The notes below the pieces were generated by a model. That model did no database searches, was not told the origin of the DNA, and saw only the letters and a program-made list of their open reading frames with translations. From positions 1,984,001 to 2,048,000 of the forward strand of contig CP170459.1 in assembly GCA_047947115.1 (NCBI GenBank): a stretch of 64,000 bases of DNA. The letters are read 5' to 3'. The stretch is from Verrucomicrobiota bacterium (GTDB taxonomy: Bacteria; Verrucomicrobiota; Verrucomicrobiia; Limisphaerales; AAA164-E04). Shown here in pieces: positions 42,760-50,054 of this stretch; the stretch's first letter is position 1; every line of letters starts with the position of its first letter. The position numbers and the translations under genes were made by a program.

Positions 42760-44388
42760 ATGCAGATCCTTTCCATTAAAAATCATCGTCAGAGATCGGT
42801 GTTGTCGTGGGTTTTTTGTGCACTTATCGGTGTCTGGTTGGATGGGAAAGCAGCCGATCAGGGCAAACGTCCCAACATCCTGTTTGCCTTTGCAGATGAC
42901 TGGGGGCGGTATGCAAGTGCCTATGCTGCGGTGGATGGTCCGGGCACCATGAACGATGCCATTCAAACACCTCATTTCGACCGTGTCGCACGTGAGGGGG
43001 TTTTGTTCAAGAACGCGTTTGTGACCGCGCCTTCCTGCACACCTTGTCGTAGTTCACTGCTTTCCGGTCAATACTTCTGGCGAACAGGTCAGGGAGCTAT
43101 TTTGCAGGGTGCAAAATGGGATGCCAATATTCCTTCGTATCCGTTGATCCTGCATGATGTCGGGTATCATATTGGTGAAACGTATAAAGTATGGAGTCCC
43201 GGTTCTCCAGTGGATGCCCCTTACGGAGCGGGTAAGTATGCGTATCAAAGTGCGGGCGGCAAATTCAACCAGTTTTCGCAGAACGTCACCCAGATGGTGC
43301 GCCAGGGAAAATCGATAAAAGAAGCCAAACAGGTTCTTTACGACGAGGTCATGCGGAATTTTAACGACTTTCTGGAAGCTCGACCGGACGGTCAACCCTT
43401 CTGCTATTGGTTTGGACCCACTTTGGTCCATCGCAAATGGACCAAAGGTTCGGGCAAGGAATTTTGGGGGATTGATCCTGACGCATTGAAAGGAAAGATG
43501 CCGGCATTTTTACCCGACGTGCACGAAGTACGCCAGGATATGGCCGATTATTTCGGTGAGATCCAGGCGTTCGATGCCGCACTGGGACTGATGCTGAAGC
43601 GTCTTGAGGAAATGGGAGAGTTGGACAACACCTTGGTCGTTGTCAGCGGGGATCATGGTGCGCCCGGATTCCCGAACGGGAAATGCAATCTCTATGATTT
43701 TGGCGTTGGCGTTTCTTTGGCCGTACGTTGGGGGGATTTCAACGGTGGCCGGGTGGTCGAGGATTTCATCAACCTGATGGATCTGGCGCCTACCTTTTTA
43801 GAAGCCGCCGGCGCCAAAACTCCTTCTGTGATGACCGGACGCAGTTTCGTGTCCGCTCTCAAATCGGATCAATCCGGATGGATTGATCCGACCCGCAACT
43901 GGGTGGTGACCGGGCGCGAACGTCATGTGGCCATGTCGCGCGAGGGGTATGTGCCATATCCACAACGTGCCCTGCGAACACCGGACTTCCTCTATATCCT
44001 CAATTTCGAGCCCCATCGTTGGCCGATGGGGGATCCATTGCATATGGGGATGGATAAACGTCCCTCTCTGGAAGACCTCACCGAACGAACCTTCGTCACC
44101 TACGCCGACATGGATGCGAGCCCCACCAAAGCCTGGTTGTTTGATCACGAGTCAGATGCCTCATGGAAGTGGTATTACGATGTGGCATTTGGACGAAGAC
44201 CTTTTGTGGAATTATACGACTTGAAACGCGACAAAGATCAGATTCGTAACGTTGCTCAAAGCGTTGAATACGCAAGGGTGAGAGGGAAGCTCCATGAGCA
44301 GTTGATGACAGTCTTGCGCGATACCAATGATCCAAGGGTCACCCAGGAATCCCCTGTTTTTGAGCATGCACCATTTGCCGGAGAATAA
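42760..44388 (+). CDS. sulfatase (formylglycine-dependent, S1)
   Basis: Signal peptide, PNILFAFADD, CTPCR (CxPxR), GDHG, GKCNLYD, ELYDL. Confidence 0.95.
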   Translation: MQILSIKNHRQRSVLSWVFCALIGVWLDGKAADQGKRPNILFAFADDWGRYASAYAAVDGPGTMNDAIQTPHFDRVAREGVLFKNAFVTAPSCTPCRSSLLSGQYFWRTGQGAILQGAKWDANIPSYPLILHDVGYHIGETYKVWSPGSPVDAPYGAGKYAYQSAGGKFNQFSQNVTQMVRQGKSIKEAKQVLYDEVMRNFNDFLEARPDGQPFCYWFGPTLVHRKWTKGSGKEFWGIDPDALKGKMPAFLPDVHEVRQDMADYFGEIQAFDAALGLMLKRLEEMGELDNTLVVVSGDHGAPGFPNGKCNLYDFGVGVSLAVRWGDFNGGRVVEDFINLMDLAPTFLEAAGAKTPSVMTGRSFVSALKSDQSGWIDPTRNWVVTGRERHVAMSREGYVPYPQRALRTPDFLYILNFEPHRWPMGDPLHMGMDKRPSLEDLTERTFVTYADMDASPTKAWLFDHESDASWKWYYDVAFGRRPFVELYDLKRDKDQIRNVAQSVEYARVRGKLHEQLMTVLRDTNDPRVTQESPVFEHAPFAGE

Positions 44389-44487
44389 TGTCCGGTTGTC
44401 CGCTGCGGATCAGATGATCTCGAATAAGATGCAACGTCCTGCAGCGAGAAGGTTTCAAATTCCCTGTCTTACCCATTTGTCATTCCT

Positions 44488-45159
44488 GTGAACGATATGA
44501 GCCATTCTGAACATAAAGCGGTGATCTTCGACATGGACGGCGTGTTGACCGATTCCGAACCCCTTATCAATGAAGCTTCCGTCCTGATGTTTCAGGAACT
44601 GGGCGTCAAAGTTCAACCCGAAGATTTCTACCCCTTTGTCGGGACGGGCGAAAAACAATACATCGGCGGTGTGGCGGAGAAATACGGTGCCACGATCGAT
44701 TTGTTCGAGGCAAAAAAGCGTACCTATGAAATTTATCTGAAACTGGCTCCACGCAAATTAAAAAGCTTTCCAGGCGCGATTGAATTGGTTCATCAATGTC
44801 GTGCGAAGGGATGGAAAGTAGCGCTCGCATCCAGTGCCGACATGATCAAGATCGAAGCAAACCTGACTCAAATCGGTTTACCGGTTGACGAATGGGATGC
44901 CATTACGGGTGCGGATCACGTTGAACACAAGAAGCCGGCCCCCGATATTTTCCTGGCATCAGCCAAACAGCTCGGGGTGAAGCCCGAATATTGTGCGGTG
45001 ATTGAGGATGCCGAACATGGTGTGCAAGCAGCCAAGGCGGCCGGTATGCGTTGTGTTGCCGTGATGCATACGTTTGCGGAAAATAAGTTGGGTCGCGCTG
45101 ATTTGATTAAATCTCACATCAAAGATATTGATCTTAGGGATCTTTTTGGGGACGAATGA
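44488..45159 (+). CDS. HAD-family phosphatase (beta-phosphoglucomutase-like)
   Basis: FDMDGVL, ALASS, KKPAPDIF, VIED..GV.AAKAAGM. Confidence 0.92.
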   Translation: MNDMSHSEHKAVIFDMDGVLTDSEPLINEASVLMFQELGVKVQPEDFYPFVGTGEKQYIGGVAEKYGATIDLFEAKKRTYEIYLKLAPRKLKSFPGAIELVHQCRAKGWKVALASSADMIKIEANLTQIGLPVDEWDAITGADHVEHKKPAPDIFLASAKQLGVKPEYCAVIEDAEHGVQAAKAAGMRCVAVMHTFAENKLGRADLIKSHIKDIDLRDLFGDE

Positions 45160-45290
45160 AGCGGTGGATTGAGGCGAGCGAGTGTGTAGATCAAACTGGG
45201 TGCACAACTGAAAAGGTGGCGCCCCGCTGCTTTGGGGCCGACGGCGCGTTGAGGTTTGCGAAAACCTGCCGTGTTGAAAGAATACGCCAC

Positions 45291-45316
45291 CGGACGCGCA
45301 GCAGTGCATCTCTACC
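45291..45316 (-). repeat. degenerate GTAG-type REP-like palindrome
   Basis: Minus strand GGTAG-AGATGCAC-TGCT-GCGCGTCC-G: GTAG foot plus an imperfect GC-rich hairpin; only one copy seen in the window. Confidence 0.4.
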
Positions 45317-45417
45317 AAACTGCAGTCGGCATCCCGGCAATCTGAATCGCTCCCATTCACTCAAGCCTTCCCACACCTTTGCTTGTGTCCTGCCTCTGAT
45401 CCATCTATGATGCGCCC

Positions 45418-47568
45418 ATGAATTTCCTCGATTATCTGGTCCTGCTGGGCTACTTCGCCTTGATGATATGGATCGGCCGTGTGGCCATGCGGCGAGTCAA
45501 AGCCCAGGAAGATTACTTCATGGGGGGGCGCCAGTTTGGCAAATGGTTGCAGGCCTTCGCCGCATTCGGCGCAGGCACGGGATCCTCTGACCCGGTCAAT
45601 ACTGCCCGCACGAGTTTTACCAGCGGCATGAGCGGTATATGGAGCACGATGTCGTGGTTGTTCGTGACGCCCTTTTACTGGATCACAGGTGTGTGGTACC
45701 GGCGCATGCGTCATATGACGCTCGGAGACTGGTTTGTTGAGCGTTATGAATCCAAACCCATGGGTGCGGCTTACACTATCTTTGGTTTGTTGTTTTACAT
45801 GGTTTACGGCTCGATGCTTTTTTCCGCCATCGGCAAAGTGGCCGCCCCTTTGCTGGGAGATGCCATCGTAATTGGAGGGCAGTCTTATCAGTTGGAATAT
45901 GTGCTCGTTCCAGCCATTGCGGTCATTGTGATTGTTTACGGAGTGCTGGGGGGACTTACGGCTGCCTACTGGACGGACATGGTTCAGGGCATTTTTATCA
46001 TCTTGCTATCCATCATGCTGGTTCCATTTGGTCTGCATGCTTTGATTGAACGGTTTGGAGATCCTTCCACGGATGGTTTGATGACCGGGTTTCGCATCAT
46101 GCACGAGCAGTTGCCGGCTGGTATGTTTCAACTGGTGGGATCTGCCAATTCCAGCGAGTTTCCATTGTATCGCATCGTCGCGGTCACATTGATCTCCCTG
46201 ATCGGTATCGTGGTTCAACCACACTTCATCGCGACGGGTGGTGGTTCCGCCAAAACCGAGCTGAACGCCCGTGTGGGCCTTGTCGCAGGCAATCTTGCCA
46301 AACGTTTTTGTACGATTGGTTGGGCGATCACCGCCCTGATTGTTCTGGCGTTGTTTGCGGATAACGCGGAAGTCATGAGTGATCCCGACCGCGCCTGGGG
46401 AATCGCCTCGCGGGAACTGTTGGTGCCTGGTTTGAGGGGGTTGATGCTGGCTTGTCTGTTGGCGGCATTGATGAGTTCCGCCGACACCTACATGCTGGTC
46501 AGTTCCGCCTTGATAGTTCGCAATATTTACATTCCTTTCGTCAATAAAAATGCCTCGGAATCCGCCTGTCTGACCATCGGACGTGTTTCCGGCATGTTGG
46601 TTATCGTGGGGGCCGTGGTGGTTTCATTGAAGATGATGAATGTATTCCAACAGTTGCAACTCACCTGGGTGTTCCCGATCCTGTTCGCGGCTCCTTTCTG
46701 GATCGGCATGTATTGGCGTCGTGCCACCACTGGTGCAGCTTGGGTCACGATCGCGTTCTCCACCTTGTTTTTTTTCATCGTTCCCAAATTGATTCCGGTG
46801 TTGATGCCGGGCATGATGGAAAATGAGCGCTTTACCGCCGTTACCGACCAGGTCACCGTGCAAATCGAACGAACCGCCGCTCCCTCCGATATTCGCCGGC
46901 GAAACATGGAAATCCAGGAATACGACAAAGCCCTGGCGAATGCCGGGGATGACGCGAATCTGATCGAACAGCTTGGACCCAGACCGGCGGCCATCGAAGC
47001 AGGTCAGACCATGTTCGATACCCTGACTACCGGCGGCAAATCGATTTACTGGTCTGGTGGAGTTACACCTTTGGAAGGGGCCCGGTTGGAGGAAACGGAT
47101 CGCAGACAAGAAGGTTCCAAAACGATAGTTGTGCGGAATTACACCGGACCGATGAAAGGCAGCGGAGAATTTCGACTTGATTTCCTGGTCTATGATTTCC
47201 TGGGCCTGGATCTCAAACATCGGTCCGATTCCATGTTGGCCACGGTGGAATTGCCTACAAAGATCGTTCTGCCTTTTATTGTGATGATCGTCGCGAGTTT
47301 GATTTCGCCACGCAACTCAAAGGAGGCTTTGGATCGCTATTACAGCAAGATGAAAACGCCGGTGGAACCTGATCCTGAGAAAGACAAAGCCGCGCTGGAA
47401 AACATGTTGGCCGACACTGCAGGTCGTGAAGCCAGGAAACTCCTTCCCGGAAGTGATCTGGAATTCGAAAAACCCAAGTTGCTGGACATTTTGGGATTTG
47501 TGGGCACATTTGCCCTGTGCTTTCTGATCATCGGGTTGGCAATTTGGATGGCGGGTCTCGGTGGTTGA
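45418..47568 (+). CDS. sodium:solute symporter family protein, 716 aa with a large soluble insertion
   Basis: EDYFMGGR, GGLTAAYWTD, LAALMSSAD; ~150-aa hydrophilic insert before the last helices. Confidence 0.9.
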   Translation: MNFLDYLVLLGYFALMIWIGRVAMRRVKAQEDYFMGGRQFGKWLQAFAAFGAGTGSSDPVNTARTSFTSGMSGIWSTMSWLFVTPFYWITGVWYRRMRHMTLGDWFVERYESKPMGAAYTIFGLLFYMVYGSMLFSAIGKVAAPLLGDAIVIGGQSYQLEYVLVPAIAVIVIVYGVLGGLTAAYWTDMVQGIFIILLSIMLVPFGLHALIERFGDPSTDGLMTGFRIMHEQLPAGMFQLVGSANSSEFPLYRIVAVTLISLIGIVVQPHFIATGGGSAKTELNARVGLVAGNLAKRFCTIGWAITALIVLALFADNAEVMSDPDRAWGIASRELLVPGLRGLMLACLLAALMSSADTYMLVSSALIVRNIYIPFVNKNASESACLTIGRVSGMLVIVGAVVVSLKMMNVFQQLQLTWVFPILFAAPFWIGMYWRRATTGAAWVTIAFSTLFFFIVPKLIPVLMPGMMENERFTAVTDQVTVQIERTAAPSDIRRRNMEIQEYDKALANAGDDANLIEQLGPRPAAIEAGQTMFDTLTTGGKSIYWSGGVTPLEGARLEETDRRQEGSKTIVVRNYTGPMKGSGEFRLDFLVYDFLGLDLKHRSDSMLATVELPTKIVLPFIVMIVASLISPRNSKEALDRYYSKMKTPVEPDPEKDKAALENMLADTAGREARKLLPGSDLEFEKPKLLDILGFVGTFALCFLIIGLAIWMAGLGG

Positions 47569-47627
47569 TCAGGGTTTGGCAAAGTTTCAAAGGAAAAACC
47601 AGGGCACAGGCAGGTCCGGTCTTGATT

Positions 47628-48140
47628 ATGAATACAACTAACAATTTTAAGAATTGGTTGGCGGTTGCTATGACAACTTTGAGTGTCGCAACCTGGATCC
47701 TCGCGACAGGATGCGGGGGTGTTTATTCCTCCATCGAAGAAGATGTTCATTCCGATGCGCTGGTTGTGGTTCATGATAATAATTTTGCAGCCAAAGTTCT
47801 TGAATCCGATCAACCCGTCATGGTTGATTTCTGGGCTACCTGGTGTGGTCCCTGCCGTCAAATGGCACCTCTGATATCCCAACTTGCAGATGAATATGAA
47901 GGACGGGCTGTTGTAGCCAAATTGGATGTCGACCGAAGCGCGGTCATTCCGAAACAATACGGCATCATGGCCATCCCGACATTCATCGTGTTCCATCGAG
48001 GCAAAGAAGTGGCTCGTTATGAGGGGATGACTTCTTATAAGGGGCTCAGCTCCATGCTTGAAAAACCGATGGGTTCCGAACCTCAGACACCAGAACCCGG
48101 ACCGGTTCCCGAAACGCCTTCTGCTGAAGAAGCCCTGTGA
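47628..48140 (+). CDS. thioredoxin with a probable lipoprotein signal
   Basis: VDFWATWCGPC, AIPT; N-terminus KNWLAVAMTTLSVATWILATG-C; start ATG 47628. Confidence 0.85.
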   Translation: MNTTNNFKNWLAVAMTTLSVATWILATGCGGVYSSIEEDVHSDALVVVHDNNFAAKVLESDQPVMVDFWATWCGPCRQMAPLISQLADEYEGRAVVAKLDVDRSAVIPKQYGIMAIPTFIVFHRGKEVARYEGMTSYKGLSSMLEKPMGSEPQTPEPGPVPETPSAEEAL

Positions 48141-48982
48141 CCGCTGAATCCGCACACACACCTCCGGCGCCTTCTGTCATCGGCCTGATAGCGGGTGGCC
48201 TGTCGTTGCCCATTGAGTTGGTGAAATTATTGCGTGCCGCCGGTTCGTCAAACATCGTGGTGGTGGCTTTTGACGGGGAAACCGATCAGGTGATAGAGTC
48301 ACTGGCGGATGAGATCGCCTGGATCAAGGTGGGTCAGCTCACCAAAATGATCCGCTTTTTCAAACAGCATGGCGTCACACAATGCTTCATGGCGGGCCGC
48401 ATCGCTCCGAAGAACCTGTTTGATGTGCGTCCCGATTTACGGGCTGCTTCACTCCTGTTTCGACTCAAAGAAAAGAACGCACATACCATCTTTGGCGGCA
48501 TTGGAGATGAATTGAAAAAAGATGGCATCGAACTGATTGAAGCTGTCCCCTGGCTCAAACCTTTGATGCCGGTTGAGGGTTTTTCAATCGGCAAGCAGAT
48601 GAAACCCACCCAACACGATGATGTCGCGTATGGATTTCGAATTGCCAAAGAAGTCAGTCGACTGGAAATCGGGCAAAGTATTGTTGTCAAAGACGGCACC
48701 GTGTTGGCGGTTGAGGGATTCGAAGGAACCGATGCTTGTCTGAAACGGGGAGGCCAACTTGCGGGCAAAAAGGGGGGAGCCATTGGCATCAAGGTTGCCA
48801 AACCCGGCCACGATATGCGATTTGATATTCCATGTATCGGGTTGCAGACCATCGAAAACTGTATACAACATCAGTTCCGAGCCCTTGCCTTCGAAGCCGG
48901 TAGCATCATCCTGCTCGAAAGAGAAGCCATCGAGCGCCGCATCAAAGGAGAATCCTTCACCCTCCTATCCACACAAGATTGA
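48137..48982 (+). CDS. lpxI: UDP-2,3-diacylglucosamine diphosphatase LpxI
   Basis: IGLIAGG, EIGQSIVV, LAVEGFEGTD, KVAKPGHDMRFDIPCIG. Confidence 0.9.
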   Translation: MTAESAHTPPAPSVIGLIAGGLSLPIELVKLLRAAGSSNIVVVAFDGETDQVIESLADEIAWIKVGQLTKMIRFFKQHGVTQCFMAGRIAPKNLFDVRPDLRAASLLFRLKEKNAHTIFGGIGDELKKDGIELIEAVPWLKPLMPVEGFSIGKQMKPTQHDDVAYGFRIAKEVSRLEIGQSIVVKDGTVLAVEGFEGTDACLKRGGQLAGKKGGAIGIKVAKPGHDMRFDIPCIGLQTIENCIQHQFRALAFEAGSIILLEREAIERRIKGESFTLLSTQD

Positions 48983-49136
48983 CAAACAGGCAGAACGTGG
49001 CATCCCGCCGCGTCCTCATGGCGATCGATCCCCCAAAAAAACTTTCGGCGGCAATCCCCAAACCTCCCCCTGTAGAAGGCATGAACACTTTTGGGAAATC
49101 AAAAAATGCCCATAGCCAGATCTCTTCCACAAGGGA

Positions 49137-49994
49137 TCAGCGGAGTCGATAAAAGCGTTTGGGCCGGGTGATTTTCTCTTGGTGATATCCGGGTTCTTCG
49201 GTTGGTAGAGTCGTCCATGGACCGGACAGGTTTTCGGATGTTTCCAGCATGCGTCCAGGTTCCCACTTCAGGCGCAACATGCCCTTTTCAATTTCGTAGC
49301 TTGAGAATTGTTGGTTTGCGGCATGGTCTTGTGCCCATTGATCCAACATCGGTGTCAGGGTAACACGCCACAGCCTGTAGCCACCCGAGTTCATGTGCAA
49401 CCTGTCGCTCAGAAAGAGCTGTGGGTAGGGTTGCCCCGCTTCGTCCACCATCGGAGTATAGATGTCGAAATAATATCCCCCATTGACTTCCGCCAATTCC
49501 GAAAGGCATTGGTTCAGTTGCTTCATTTCTTCAAGCAGATGGCGGCGGGCAGGACTCGGTTTGACCGACATGAATGCAAAAGAACTTCCTGGGAGTTGGG
49601 ATTTCATCCGTTGGATGAAGGTTGCATAATCCGCCGAAACTTCCTCAACCGTGCGCCCACCCGCCAGATCATTATCCCCTTCATACACCACCACCAGGGA
49701 AGGCTTATAAGGAACCACCAGTCGATCGAAATAGTGAAGCAGGTCGGGCATGGTCGATCCCCTGAACCCTCGGTTGAGCACGGGAAAGTTGGGGAATGAA
49801 GATGTCAAATTGCTCCACAGTCGAATACTGGATGAACCGACAAATAGAACCGAATGATCAGCGGCCACGCTCGTGTGATCTGATTGCTCAAATGCTTTGA
49901 TGTCACTCTCAAATCGCGTCGGATCCTGTCCCATCAGTGAGGACAAACTGAGGAAGATGCGGGTCATGATCAGAATTAAAATGGGGCGCTGCAT
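49137..49994 (-). CDS. secreted SGNH/GDSL hydrolase
   Basis: Signal peptide; FVGSSSIRLW, NRGFRGS, YEGDNDL, DRLH (DxxH). Confidence 0.9.
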   Translation of the reverse strand: MQRPILILIMTRIFLSLSSLMGQDPTRFESDIKAFEQSDHTSVAADHSVLFVGSSSIRLWSNLTSSFPNFPVLNRGFRGSTMPDLLHYFDRLVVPYKPSLVVVYEGDNDLAGGRTVEEVSADYATFIQRMKSQLPGSSFAFMSVKPSPARRHLLEEMKQLNQCLSELAEVNGGYYFDIYTPMVDEAGQPYPQLFLSDRLHMNSGGYRLWRVTLTPMLDQWAQDHAANQQFSSYEIEKGMLRLKWEPGRMLETSENLSGPWTTLPTEEPGYHQEKITRPKRFYRLR

Positions 49995-50001
49995 GGTGGG
50001 G

Positions 50002-50038
50002 AAAAGAAAGGGCGCCGATCCATGGGATCAGCGCCCTT
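50002..50038 (-). terminator. intrinsic terminator after the repeat-protein gene
   Basis: Minus strand AAGGGCGCTGATCC-CAT-GGATCGGCGCCCTT followed by TCTTTT. Confidence 0.7.
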
Positions 50039-50054
50039 GACTGGTAATATGGAA

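Noticed and set aside
45211..45300. Cobalamin riboswitch, suggested by GCCCCGC and GCCAC
   Set aside because: No GGGAA element, no CAACTGT and no B12-box context; the downstream gene is not B12-related.
45156..45410. 84-aa ORF between the HAD and symporter genes
   Set aside because: No recognisable motif and Arg/Ser/Cys-rich composition typical of non-coding frames, although the ATGA overlap means it cannot be fully excluded.
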